NCBI GenBank assembly: GCA_973851085.1 | Contig: OZ316775.1 | Location: forward strand, 13,268,001 to 13,332,000 | Direction: 5' to 3' | From: Ptychomitrium polyphyllum | Lineage: Eukaryota | Length of the DNA: 64,000 bases | In this document: one piece after another, positions 43,163 to 61,427 of the stretch | Numbering within the stretch: position 1 is the first letter of the stretch | Layout of the letters: every line of letters starts with the position of its first letter | Notes under the pieces: generated by a model | Databases searched by the model: none | Seen by the model: the letters and a program-made list of their open reading frames with translations, nothing else | What the model was told of the DNA's origin: nothing | Made by a program: the position numbers and the translations under genes

Positions 43163-44805
43163 ATCTGTGAATGTTTAGTGCTGCTCCCAGACGCGGGCTG
43201 TAGGACCCGTGGGTACACATTTGTACACAGTTTCCTCCTCTCTCCCCTCAAAGTACTTGAATGAGAAACAGATTTTCACCTTGGTGTGGTGTTGAAATTT
43301 TGTTGCCGATTATTTTGGGTGGTGCAGACTTGTAATCAATCGATCCCTGTCGAGGATTTTATCCCTTAAGCAGTTATTTCTGGTCCGCCGAACTTGTTCA
43401 ATGTGATGCAACGGCTCTGTTTTATTGTCACTCGAGATGTGGTTATTCTGTGACGATGTAAGTGGATACAGATGTAATGCATCGTTTGGTAGAGAGTAGT
43501 TGGATCGCCACAGCTTCTGCATGTGACATACCTTCAGATGGGGAGAAGCAGTCTGGAGATCCTTTGGAAGTGGTATAATCCAAGATTGTTGGATAGTAAG
43601 ACATGTCCCCCATCTTCATTTCTGCCTCAACAGGGAGGGAGGGAAGATTGAAATTAAAGCAATTTTGACCAATCAGCAGGATAAGCACGCATCATGAGGA
43701 ACATTATCAGAGCAGGACTCCGTCTCTTTTTCAAAGTGCTAGAGCAGAGAATCTGGCCCAGATTCTAGGCATAGCATAGGCTTGTGTGGCTAAAGAATAG
43801 TAAGGCCTGTGAGAAGCGCAGGGGCCATAGCTTTGGAACAATGTCTTTGGATCCAAGGCATTGAAGAGTTATTTGGAAGCCACACCATTTCCTCACCCAA
43901 TATATCACTTTTGATGTCACTTTGTTTATAATCTCAACTGGAGCGTGTACTTTGATGTGACTTTGTTTATATTTAGAGCCGAAGCGTGTGCTTGTGTGCA
44001 GGGCGTGCCGCGGAGGAAATAGAGTATTTGAAGTAATATACCTCATGTACTTGAGTGGCACAAGTATAGTGGAATTTGTTAAGTAGCTTACCTTTTCTTT
44101 TCTTTTTTTTTAATTTTGTAGGCTTTGGTGGAGTTTTTAAGGAAAGTTTTGATTGAGTTTGGATTTATTAGAATCCTATTTAGAATATGCCTAAGATGTT
44201 TCAAAGGTGCAAATTTCGAATTCTAATTGCTTGGAATGAAGTTAATAGTGAAGGTTACAAAGTTTTTGCTAATTGATTTGTGGTTTCTTATTGTGTAATG
44301 TAAACTTGTAAAAGAACGGATCAATAGTTGTGATAGTTGTGAGTTGAAATTCATTGTGTATGACATAGAAGAAAATAATGAAAATAAGGAGTGATTTTTA
44401 GATTCTTTTATAAAAGAAGGGGAGGCATTCTTCGAATCTTTTCTTTGTATATGTATCATTTACATACAAGCAATGAAGTAGAGATAAATATATAGAATGT
44501 TTTCTTTTATAACTTTAAAGTTTTGGAATTTCCTTTCCATCTAATAGGTTTACAAATGAAAAAACAAAGAAGTTGTCTAATATGCATTAATTTTCTTTTA
44601 AAGAACTTGGATCTAATTTTGCAATTTCTGTTTCTTGGTAAAAATTCCTATAAAGTTGTTAATTTCTTTAACAAAAAACAAAGCTTTATGGACAATGCCA
44701 CACATGGTCAGTTGTTGTCCAAGCACTTAAAGCCTCTTCATAAATTTTCAAAACCTTGGAAGTCCATTGTAGGTCTATCAATGGCTATCATCAACATTGA
44801 AGGTT

Positions 44806-44949
44806 TTAGAATTGAATTCCAACTCAAAAACGCCTTCTGACAAAAGTTGCTCTTTGGAGAGCACAGTACGATGAAAGTTGTAAGCTGTGTTCGGGGGGGA
44901 GTTATAGTCTATCGTCGGCCTCTATGGTAGAATCGATCAGAGAGGCCTG
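44806..44949 (+). other. Nuclear plastid DNA (NUPT): 3' part of the trnA-UGC group II intron (domains V-VI); repeated at 46745-46888
   Basis: gttgctctttggagagcacagtacgatgaaagttgtaagctgtgttcgggggggagttatagtctatcgtcggcctctatggtagaatc matches the conserved plastid trnA-UGC intron 3' region as I recall it. No tRNA exon follows. Confidence 0.85.
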
Positions 44950-45101
44950 TTCTTAATAAAATAAAATAAAAAAAAAGGGTCTCTTTTTCCAATTGAGATC
45001 TTAATAAAATGCGGTCACAAATCCTAATTTTTAAAGGATTTTTTTTATTAAAAAGATAAAAAAATCTTTATTAAATTAATTTAAACTATTTGTCTTTTAG
45101 T

Positions 45102-45255
45102 GGTCCTGTTCCTGGTAAAAAATATAGTAAAATTGTATTTCCTATTCTGTCACCAAATCCTGCTGTTAACAAAGAAACTAATTTTTTAAAAATATCCTAT
45201 ATATTTAGGTGCTAATAGAGGAAGAGGACAAATTTACCCTGATGGAAGTAAAAGT
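45102..45255 (+). pseudogene. petA: NUPT fragment of plastid petA (cytochrome f), frameshifted; repeated at 47041-47194
   Basis: Translates [30 protein letters not shown](extra A, +1 frameshift near 45190)[21 protein letters not shown], the conserved cytochrome f segment, with plastid-like AT-rich codons. Confidence 0.92.
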
Positions 45256-45593
45256 TTATCAAACAGCGGTGTAGTCTAAAATCCTAAAGAGATTCAGTAT
45301 TTTTGATAAATAAATCATTAAATACTAAAAAAAATTATCTAAAATAAGATAGTTACTATAAAAATATTTTTTTATAGTAACTCAAAAGTCGAAATAATAA
45401 AAAAAACCTAAATGGTCAATAATAATGCATAAAAAATTTGTAGAGGCAAATCCTATTATTTGTATTATATACTACAATTATACAAAATTTAACAATCAAT
45501 AAAAATATGGAATTTCAATAGCATATACATATAAAATACCTTGTTTTTCTCTCTTGATCAATCTCCTTCCTATCTTACTCCTATCTTTTCTTC

Positions 45594-45793
45594 NNNNNNN
45601 NNNNNNNNNNNNNNNNNNNNNNNNNNNNNNNNNNNNNNNNNNNNNNNNNNNNNNNNNNNNNNNNNNNNNNNNNNNNNNNNNNNNNNNNNNNNNNNNNNNN
45701 NNNNNNNNNNNNNNNNNNNNNNNNNNNNNNNNNNNNNNNNNNNNNNNNNNNNNNNNNNNNNNNNNNNNNNNNNNNNNNNNNNNNNNNNNNNNN
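45594..45793. other. Assembly gap (200 N)
   Basis: Run of exactly 200 N, probably a placeholder length. Confidence 1.
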
Positions 45794-48788
45794 AAGGCAT
45801 TGAAGAGTTATTTGGAAGCCACACCATTTCCTCACCCAATATATCACTTTTGATGTCACTTTGTTTATAATCTCAACTGGAGCGTGTACTTTGATGTGAC
45901 TTTGTTTATATTTAGAGCCGAAGCGTGTGCTTGTGTGCAGGGCGTGCCGCGGAGGAAATAGAGTATTTGAAGTAATATACCTCATGTACTTGAGTGGCAC
46001 AAGTATAGTGGAATTTGTTAAGTAGCTTACCTTTTCTTTTCTTTTTTTTTAATTTTGTAGGCTTTGGTGGAGTTTTTAAGGAAAGTTTTGATTGAGTTTG
46101 GATTTATTAGAATCCTATTTAGAATATGCCTAAGATGTTTCAAAGGTGCAAATTTCGAATTCTAATTGCTTGGAATGAAGTTAATAGTGAAGGTTACAAA
46201 GTTTTTGCTAATTGATTTGTGGTTTCTTATTGTGTAATGTAAACTTGTAAAAGAACGGATCAATAGTTGTGATAGTTGTGAGTTGAAATTCATTGTGTAT
46301 GACATAGAAGAAAATAATGAAAATAAGGAGTGATTTTTAGATTCTTTTATAAAAGAAGGGGAGGCATTCTTCGAATCTTTTCTTTGTATATGTATCATTT
46401 ACATACAAGCAATGAAGTAGAGATAAATATATAGAATGTTTTCTTTTATAACTTTAAAGTTTTGGAATTTCCTTTCCATCTAATAGGTTTACAAATGAAA
46501 AAACAAAGAAGTTGTCTAATATGCATTAATTTTCTTTTAAAGAACTTGGATCTAATTTTGCAATTTCTGTTTCTTGGTAAAAATTCCTATAAAGTTGTTA
46601 ATTTCTTTAACAAAAAACAAAGCTTTATGGACAATGCCACACATGGTCAGTTGTTGTCCAAGCACTTAAAGCCTCTTCATAAATTTTCAAAACCTTGGAA
46701 GTCCATTGTAGGTCTATCAATGGCTATCATCAACATTGAAGGTTTTAGAATTGAATTCCAACTCAAAAACGCCTTCTGACAAAAGTTGCTCTTTGGAGAG
46801 CACAGTACGATGAAAGTTGTAAGCTGTGTTCGGGGGGGAGTTATAGTCTATCGTCGGCCTCTATGGTAGAATCGATCAGAGAGGCCTGTTCTTAATAAAA
46901 TAAAATAAAAAAAAAGGGTCTCTTTTTCCAATTGAGATCTTAATAAAATGCGGTCACAAATCCTAATTTTTAAAGGATTTTTTTTATTAAAAAGATAAAA
47001 AAATCTTTATTAAATTAATTTAAACTATTTGTCTTTTAGTGGTCCTGTTCCTGGTAAAAAATATAGTAAAATTGTATTTCCTATTCTGTCACCAAATCCT
47101 GCTGTTAACAAAGAAACTAATTTTTTAAAAATATCCTATATATTTAGGTGCTAATAGAGGAAGAGGACAAATTTACCCTGATGGAAGTAAAAGTTTATCA
47201 AACAGCGGTGTAGTCTAAAATCCTAAAGAGATTCAGTATTTTTGATAAATAAATCATTAAATACTAAAAAAAATTATCTAAAATAAGATAGTTACTATAA
47301 AAATATTTTTTTATAGTAACTCAAAAGTCGAAATAATAAAAAAAACCTAAATGGTCAATAATAATGCATAAAAAATTTGTAGAGGCAAATCCTATTATTT
47401 GTATTATATACTACAATTATACAAAATTTAACAATCAATAAAAATATGGAATTTCAATAGCATATACATATAAAATACCTTGTTTTTCTCTCTTGATCAA
47501 TCTCCTTCCTATCTTACTCCTATCTTTTCTTCTTTTCCAAATGTTTTATGTTACCTTCACCTTTCAAATGCTTTTAAATGTGATTAATTTTGAAAGTTTT
47601 CATACAAATACGCAAATTGGTATTATGGAAGTTTCATTTAAATCAAACCGCCTCCATGCTTGGTGCACATTTGGTGCATAATAGCAATAATAGTGCATTG
47701 GAAATTAAAACCAAAATTGATGACATGTGAAAACATATTGAAGAATTCTGTTCCTCAAACTTCACTAAATATTCAACAGACGTGTATATGACGTAGAAAA
47801 CTAAGAAACACAGTCACAACAAAACTTCTAGTACCTCCGCTCATTCACATTCATAAACTCAACAACAAAACCATGCCTCACACAATAAAATCCAACGCCT
47901 AATACTTACCTTCACACATCTTCAAACCCCACTAACCTGGAGTACGCCTAACCACACAAGCACACGCTTCGGCTCTAAATATAAACAAAGTCACATCAAA
48001 GTACACGCTCCAGTTGAGATTATAAACAAAGTGACATCAAAAGTGATATATTGGGTGAGGAAATGGTGTGGCTTCCAAATAACTCTTCAATGCCTTGGAT
48101 CCAAAGACATTGTTCCAAAGCTATGGCCCCTGCGCTTCTCACAGGCCTTACTATTCTTTAGCCACACAAGCCTATGCTATGCCTAGAATCTGGGCCAGAT
48201 TCTCTGCTCTAGCACTTTGAAAAAGAGACGGAGTCCTGCTCTGATAATGTTCCTCATGATGCGTGCTTATCCTGCTGATTGGTCAAAATTGCTTTAATTT
48301 CAATCTTCCCTCCCTCCCTGTTGAGGCAGAAATGAAGATGGGGGACATGTCTTACTATCCAACAATCTTGGATTATACCACTTCCAAAGGATCTCCAGAC
48401 TGCTTCTCCCCATCTGAAGGTATGTCACATGCAGAAGCTGTGGCGATCCAACTACTCTCTACCAAACGATGCATTACATCTGTATCCACTTACATCGTCA
48501 CAGAATAACCACATCTCGAGTGACAATAAAACAGAGCCGTTGCATCACATTGAACAAGTTCGGCGGACCAGAAATAACTGCTTAAGGGATAAAATCCTCG
48601 ACAGGGATCGATTGATTACAAGTCTGCACCACCCAAAATAATCGGCAACAAAATTTCAACACCACACCAAGGTGAAAATCTGTTTCTCATTCAAGTACTT
48701 TGAGGGGAGAGAGGAGGAAACTGTGTACAAATGTGTACCCACGGGTCCTACAGCCCGCGTCTGGGAGCAGCACTAAACATTCACAGAT

Positions 48789-53784
<4,996 letters not shown>

Positions 53785-56279
53785 GGCCGAACCGCAAGTC
53801 GTCAAGTCGCGATACAAGTCGTCCTCCGAGCACGGGCAAGCGATGCGGATGCCGTCGTGTTCAAAGCGGAAGTCGCCCGATGGAGGAAGGCAAGGGGTTG
53901 TAGGCACAAGGGTGCAGCCGACGCGACGGGGCAATTGAGCGCCGCAGAAGGAGGAGCAGCGGGAGGGAAGCAGGGACCGGTTGCGGTGGCAAAGCGAGTG
54001 AGGTGCGAGAGACACTCTCCGTTTGGAGACCCAATGGGCGGCATGAAGATGATGGCGAAACGGGTGAGCCACCAATTGCTGCCCTCGCTCCAGAATGTTC
54101 CTCCCCTCTTCCTTCTTTTACGTTCGCATCTTCTTGCTCTTTTCTTTCTGGCCTTCGTTTGTGCTCTTGCGCGCTTATTGCTTGGTCCCCTCGTGGCATT
54201 GTTGCCGCACATCGGCGTCCATGTTTTCAGTCATCGACGATTCTGTGTCCGGAGGCTGCACGTTGGATGGTTTTGTGGTGCCATTGTGACGCCATTTGCC
54301 CAATTGCATGTGGCCTTTTGTGGACCAGGTTTTGAGCTTGTTATTTAAGGGCTCACCATAGGAGAAAGCATCCTTGCAAATACATATTTTCTATTTGTCC
54401 ATATAAGTAAATGGTCGTCACATGATCGTCACATGCAATAAAGTCATGGATGGAGTAAAAATGATTTGGATCAACTTTTTAGTTTTAAACTTTACATTAA
54501 TTTTAAATATAAGAATATGGTATGTTAGATGTGGTTTAATACATGAAATGGTATTACTTGGAAGTCTACAACATAACAAAATAACTATGGTAAATGGAAA
54601 GTAAAATGTCATATTAAAAAAGTTGTAAAACTTCTTCTACTTCTCAAGTGGCATGGCTTTTAGTATGTATGAATAGTTGTGAAATTTGATATAAATTTTT
54701 TACTATTTTTTTATTTTTTTATTGAGATAATAATGCTACAATACCAAATTCGTAGAAGTTTTTGTATTATCATTTTAATTCAAATTCTTAGTATAATACT
54801 TTAATTACACATTGATGGTTTTAAAACTTCTTTAATAAAATAGTTTTTTAAATCCTTTGGTAAGATGGTTTTAGATTGTAAAAAATCTAATTATTTTTTT
54901 AGAAACAACTTGGATCAATCAAAATCAACATTATTGTGATAGATTTTACACTAATTTTTAATAAATTATATAATTCTTATTTCAGTTACTAAATGCAAAT
55001 TGATAATTGGTTAATTGAAATTATTATTTTGGTGATTATACTGTAAATTACTCAAATTTAACATGGGCCATTATTGGAGCATGTTAAGTACAATTAAGAT
55101 AATAATAATCTAAATTAATTTTTAAATTATGAATTCATAATATTTATAACACTTTCAATTTAAATTTATAACTTTAATATATTCTAAATTATCATTATTT
55201 AATTTCAATTAACATATAAAAATAATGATTCATTATATGAAAGAGCCTAATCACAAATTATAATTAAGATTGTATTGAATGACCAATATAAAGCTTAGTT
55301 TTGTATGAATTCAAAAATTAAAAGGCCAAAAGATGAAAGCTTGAATTATTAGCCAAGTAATCCATATTCTTCAAAAAAAACTCACTAATAATAAATGTGC
55401 TTTTATAATAAAGAATCATTTAAAAAAATACTTACATAGAATTTCTAACACTACAAAATAAAGTTCTAATTCATTTTGGCTTTTATAAGTATTATTAGAT
55501 TAGTGTTAAAATACAATAATTGTTAAAAAAATTGTACCATCAAATTAAGTTGGAACAAATTATTTTAAATTAAGAAATTATTGTGTCACTTCACATTCTT
55601 TTTTAAATTATTATTTAAATCCATGTATCATACAAATTCCTTTAAAATGAAGTGTACACTAAATCAAAACTTTCTACTACATTTTCAATTGCCAAATTTA
55701 TAAAGATAGGCCTTTATTCCAATGGAGGTATGCTTTTATATTTTAAAAATACTTCTATTTGATTGATGGCAATAATATTCAAAATTTTAAATCATAATTC
55801 TATGAAAATGAAGGGTTTTTTTTAAGAAATCAATGGTTCAAAATTTTGTTGAAACTTCTAAGTTTATTAAAAGCCTTCTTCTTTATAATGACCTTCTTAT
55901 ACAATAAGAAATACAATGTTTTTTTTCTTTCAAATTTAAATATTAATCTTTAGTACATTGTTTAAAATTCAAAAAAATTAACAAAAATAATAATTATTAT
56001 TTTATAAAAATGAAAAGATTTGTTGTAAATCAACACTTATAAAATAATTTCTAAATAAGATTAGATATCAATAAAGTTTTAATGACATTAAAATTATTAA
56101 TGAATTGTTCCATTGTTGCATGAAATGAATAAATTTATTTTATACATTATATTAAAAAATCTTTAAAGATATGCATTTGGTCATTTTTAATCTAAACATT
56201 ATTGATTTATATTAATTTAACTTAAATTTCATGTATTATAATGGTAATTGGATTGTAAATGATAACAATAGGTAATCAA

Positions 56280-56853
56280 TGTTAAGGACATAAGAAATTA
56301 GAAGCAAAAACAAAGTGTTTCCTAAGAATTAACTTTCAAAGAGCTAATGATTAACAAGAACTTGATACAAGGACTAGAACAAAGTAGGATACAAGATGAT
56401 CCACAACTTGTGTAGGCAAGACAAAGGGATACCTTGTTTTGCTTCTTATTTATACTATGACGCTTGTATCTTCTATAATACTTATAAAGAAGCTTCCTAC
56501 AAGGCTTAAGAATGTTCTTAAAATCTATGGAACCTTCCTAAAAACTTTCCTAAGATGGTGGAACCTTCCTAGGAAGTTTTCTAAAGAACTAGAATCTTCC
56601 TAAGAAGTTTCATGAGGTGATAGAATCTTTCTAGAAAGTTTCTTGAGATGAATGAAACCTTCCTAGGAAGTTTCTTGAGATGATGGAACCTTTATAGGAA
56701 GTTTCTTGTGATAATGAAACTTTTTTAGGAAATTTCCTAAAAATGTAGAAATAGCTATGTAGACATTTGAAAATATTCTAAGAAGTTACTATAATATATT
56801 AGAAGGTTCTAAAAGGTTTTAAAGACTATGTTGCATGATCTATGTTCGTGGTA
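56280..56853 (+). mobile_element. Solo LTR of the AT-rich family, with an internal tandem array of ~30-bp units
   Basis: Starts TGTTAAGGACATAAG; core ataccttgttttgcttcttatttatactatgacgc; several gaaccttcctaggaagtttcttgagatgatg-like units at about 56530-56745; ends aaagactatgttgcatgatctatgttcgtgg. Confidence 0.75.
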
Positions 56854-57134
56854 GTTAAAAGATAGTAAATAATAATAATAGGTAGTCATAGCTTCTATGT
56901 GAATATGTGAATAGGCATGTTGGCTAAATTCATACATGAATATGTTAATTAGCAATCAGGTTCTAATATAATAAGATACTAAAATTGTTGAATTTCATGT
57001 GCTATATAGAATATTACATCAATGGTTAGTACTCATGGAACATATTATATGATTGTAATAGCAAATAATTAATATCTCTTTGGTTGTTTAAATTCACATA
57101 CGTAAGGATCAACATGCTAGAATTTAATTAATTT

Positions 57135-57614
57135 TGTAGGAGTCCTCGTGGTGAAGCCCCAATACTAGCTCCACCCATCGAGGTTCACCCTTGGTTCCTA
57201 TCGGGACACCATTGTGAGCCAGTGGATGACCGGTTTCACAAAAGGAACTAGTGAGATCTAAAGGGTACGCTTGTTATCACTAAATTGGAGTGGTGTCTTC
57301 ACGCCAGCACCATGGTGGCCCGGGGTGATCTTAGGATCACATGGGGATCATAAGTAGTGGTGAGAAGACACCAGTAAATGCGGTTAGACCGTGTGGAATG
57401 GAAGTAACACCAAGTGAGGCCTTGGACATGAATGGAAGTTCGCACCTAACCATTGGCTACCAATCAATTGGATGTCCTAAGAGAAATGGTAGAAAGAATT
57501 GGAAACCAAGTCTGGGACTTTGAGAGTGAAAATGGGGGTTAACCATGTGTATGTGGGGGTGTACATGGTTGACATGCGTGACGTTTGTTAAGGTGCATTA
57601 CAAGGGTTGCGACA
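57135..57614. mobile_element. Truncated copy (3' ~480 bp) of the 35162-36326 LTR family
   Basis: Collinear with about 35922-36326 (ORFs 36053 and 57341 translate near-identically) and ends gggttgcgaca. The first ~75 bp are inverted relative to the other copy. No TSD seen. Confidence 0.85.
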
Positions 57615-60012
57615 TTTAGATTACATTGGACCAAGTATAAAATTTCATGGATCTTCCAAGAAATTGGTTCTTATAAACGTGAATTCAAATGGTAAAAATA
57701 GTATTTGACATGCTTTCATTTTGAGTATATTCATTTTTATTGTGATAAGTTATTGGCCTAGCATTGAAATACATTTATATAAGTGACTATATAAGTGTTC
57801 AATATTCAAGTGTCACAGTAGATGTTTACAATATCCATAGAAATGGAAGACAAGCATTCTCAAAGAGTATTGTAAACATCTTAACGAACTCACAAATGAA
57901 TTACTGTGACACCAGTTATAGCATTGTGAAACATATTTTCACCACTATCAAATGGAAGACTCAGCATGCATAGCAACACAAATGATTGTCCAGAGCAACT
58001 CCCTGTGAATTCAATCATGCTTCCATTATTTCATAGATAAGAAATAAGGAGTAGCACCCACAGCACGGGGCAGTCACATTCCTCATGGCTAAGTTACCCA
58101 GGAATCACTGGTGATAAATTAATAATTCTGTACAAATTTGAAGAAAGATGATGGTTTATTAAAGTCCACTTCTTCAAAAGTCCTAAAGTTCCACCTTCTG
58201 ATATGGAGATTTGACCCAAAAGGTAACGCTCCAAATGTATAATTGGCCACATACGACGTCTACTTTACGGATCTCAAACACCTGTCCAGCATTGATTAGC
58301 AATTCAGGCACAACTTTTCTAAAAATATCGCCGTTGAGCTCAAAGTTGCAGTATGCAGCAGTGCAGATGGGTAATTTATAGTGGTAATTATCAGAAGCAC
58401 GCCCACTAAGGAGTTGGATTAGAAAATTGCACTAGGCTACGGTGATAAACTGTACCTTGACCGACTGACTAATAGCAGTACTTCATAGCCGTGAGCAGCT
58501 GAGATCCATTATAAAATGGTTGTTGCAGTTGACAGAGTCCTACTGAGGTATATGCAGAAATAATTAATTTACATGTTCACTGTGAACCTTGCTGTCAGAA
58601 ATGGCTGCTCCAGGGAGGTCTAGAAGCGACTCTGCTCGACGAGTCGATTTCGGTAGATGGTCACAAAACAAAAATAATGGAATAGCTACGAAGCGGCACT
58701 AGCGTGAGCTTCTTTAGTAACGCATAAGGAACGTCACACGGCACAGCGCATCATCATGTCCAGGTAAGCACTTCTGATAATGTTATGTCATGCTTCTGCA
58801 GCAAAGAAAAACGCACTCAGTAGTGCAATCCAGAAATCACAGAAAACAAATTGGTCCCGCAAAGCTTTCACCACAAGCGAAAGAGCATATTGACTGCTCT
58901 TACGAAGAACAAACAAAGCTTCTCGATACTCTACCCCATTCCAGTCATCTAGAATGTAATCTCTGAAACGAGGTGAACGTACCTGCTTATATACAAGCGT
59001 CTCAAGAGTGAAACCTAATGAAAGAACTGACAGAGCTTGATATAAACTAATGGAAAACACAACAATCAGCATTCTGCAAAAAGTTTCCAAGAACTGTTCC
59101 TTACTCTCATATACCGCTGAATGTCTAAACTCTACGAAGATGTGGCTGGTAGCCTCAACTTGCAGAAAAGTTGCTCAAAATGTTTGAGTACTAACTAGAT
59201 ATTGAGGGTACCTTGCTCTCTGGAAAAACGGTGTCTCTCTAAAGAGAATTGACGGGTCGTTCTTGGTCTGCCATGGCCATTCCTTCAAATATCATCAGAT
59301 CCGAAGAAATCGAAAATGATATGACGGCAAATGTCTGCTCCACCCCAGCTTTGACTGCAATAAAGTGTTCCAAAGCACATACAAATTGTTACACGACTTA
59401 TTCTGTATTCGCCTGACATTCAGTGCTGGAACACTTCACCAGCCCACAGAATGGAGATACCTGCTAGGTCATCACCAGTATGGAACTTGCGGAAGGTGGA
59501 TCTTGGCGTTTTGAATCTTGAAAAGGAAGCCCCTGACCTCTTCAACTTGAATGTTACAAGAAGCACGTAACTAGATCTATATGCTTCCATTAATTTGACA
59601 TGGGATTAACAACTGAAGAAAGGGTCATCTAAAATTGTACAGCTTTGGAAGGAAGCCAGGTTGAAACATTCGTAAAGCCATCTCAAACAATTGGACTCCG
59701 TCCACGGTTTGGCGCGGCAAGATGCTTTCAAGGTGCACGAAATATACTTCACAGCAGACGACTTGCTCTTTGAGGCCAGAATTTGAGGAACCCTTTTGTG
59801 CCACCTTGAGCTGAGTAGACATGATCACAGAGAAGCAAGAAAAGTCCACGTCTGTACTTGGATGCGTATAGTTGTCCTTGCGATCGTTCCCAAGCTCCAA
59901 AGAGGATCAACAGAAGTCGTCAACCTCCAGAGCTTTCAGCAGATGATCATAGTGATATCTTGCAAATTCAAATGCCCATAATAGCCCTCATCATTCACTA
60001 TATACACTATTA

Positions 60013-61427
60013 TCACGGTCGAGCTCTAGGGTCAGAATTAGTAAAACCGACGGAACTATTTCGATGGAATGACGAAGACATTAAGTTAGTTGAAGAATCG
60101 CTAACTACCAGTATGCTCATGAGCTCCTTTGCCTTGCGCTTAGCGCGATCAGAACCGATCACTAATAGGCTACACAATGTGGAAACAATCCGGTGGTTGT
60201 AATAAGCTACTCTATCAGATACCCGAATATCTCCCCCTCGACACAGAGCCAACAGCACTGCCAATGCATTTTCTCGTGACCTTGGCGCGCCTGTAGTTAG
60301 AATCTCAACCAGATTCGACAGGACATAATCTTTAACAATAGCATTAGCACCTTCTTGACACAAGGCGAGAGCGGCGAGCACCGACAGAGATTCGTCTACC
60401 AGGCCGCTGCGCCTTTGAAGCATAGTCGACACCAATAATTGCACTCCTCCCTCGGCAACAACCCTTGGCTTGTTAGCATCGTGTAAGGATATGTGAAAGA
60501 GACCCTGGATGAAAAAACAAAAATCTCATCAAAACCCATAAGGCACACAGAAGCCGAATGAAGCCTGAGCATAATCTCTACATTTCGAAGTAGCTAGGCC
60601 ATGAAAACTTCACCTAAACATCAATGAACTCTTTGCAGATTAAGTTTTGGCATAAACATCCATGACTAAAGTGTTAAACCTAACAACCAAAAGTACCAAA
60701 TGTTAAGCGTGTGGTCCACAGGAAAAGAAACAAACCCTGATGAAATTTTTGTTTTTAGGTGATGACCATACTCTTCTAAACAGACAAAGCTCTTTCCTCG
60801 AAGATCTTCGCATCGTAAATTGTCTATCAAATCATCTGGTACTAACTACACAAAACGGTCTTGAAGCTCAGAACAGACCCAACTAGCATACACCAATTAC
60901 TGATTAAGAAAATTTCCTCACGAGCTTACCTTGATGGCATCTTTTCTGCCGCGGTGCGTGGGAGCGGTACGCAAGAGCTCGAGCAGGGCAGGAATGGCCA
61001 GGGGATGCTTCCCAACCTCTTCACGGTAGTCCTCCACAATCAACAGACTAAAAACCGTGGCAGCAGCGTTCTCCTTGGCCGCAGCCGAAAACCCACTAGA
61101 CAGCAAATGAAGAATGCCATCTAAGGCGCCCTCCGTCTGCGTGATGCGTACGCGAACAAGCGGATTCACGGAGAGATTCAACAGCGAGGTGATGGCGTTC
61201 TCCTGCATGTCGGCGTCCCCAGACCGCAGCAGCGGCAGCAGCGCTTCAATCCCCCCCGCATCCGCGACATAACCCCGGAACTTCTCATCGCCTCGGGCCA
61301 TCAAGCGCAACTGCTTCACTGCCGCCCGCTTCTCCTCCAAGCTCCCGCGCCCCAGCTTGGCCACCAGCCCTACCGCCACCATGTCTGGCTCGTCCACCTC
61401 TTCCTCCATCCTCACCATCACGCGCAT
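60013..61427 (-). CDS. Armadillo-repeat protein similar to the ARM region of plant U-box proteins, no U-box, 2 exons, about 329 aa
   Basis: Exon 1 61427-60930 (ATCAAG|gtaag), exon 2 60504-60013 (ccag|GGTCTC), phase 0. ARM motifs AGGIEALLPLL..QENAITSLLNLS, AKENAAATVFSL, RGRKDAIKGLFHIS, SRENALAVLLALC, GSDRAKRKA. There is an in-frame stop upstream of the ATG; a downstream Met could be the true start. Confidence 0.88.

Larger units (their letters stand above)
43855..47532. repeat. Exact 1739-bp direct duplication (43855-45593 = 45794-47532) flanking the N gap
   Basis: Constant offset 1939 (for example ORFs 44223/46162 and 44523/46462). Copy 1 ends at the first N and copy 2 starts right after the last N. 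Confidence 0.95.

Noticed and set aside
43238..43259. ctctcccctcaaagtactt resembling miR477
   Set aside because: Several mismatches, lies in the CDC48 3' UTR in sense orientation, and has no hairpin.
44690..44805. LKPLHKFSKPWKSI..GLS..IEGF resembling a gypsy integrase N-terminal segment, directly before the NUPT
   Set aside because: Similarity too short and degenerate to call without a search.
45541..46000. ORFs containing long X runs
   Set aside because: Artefacts of translating through the N gap.
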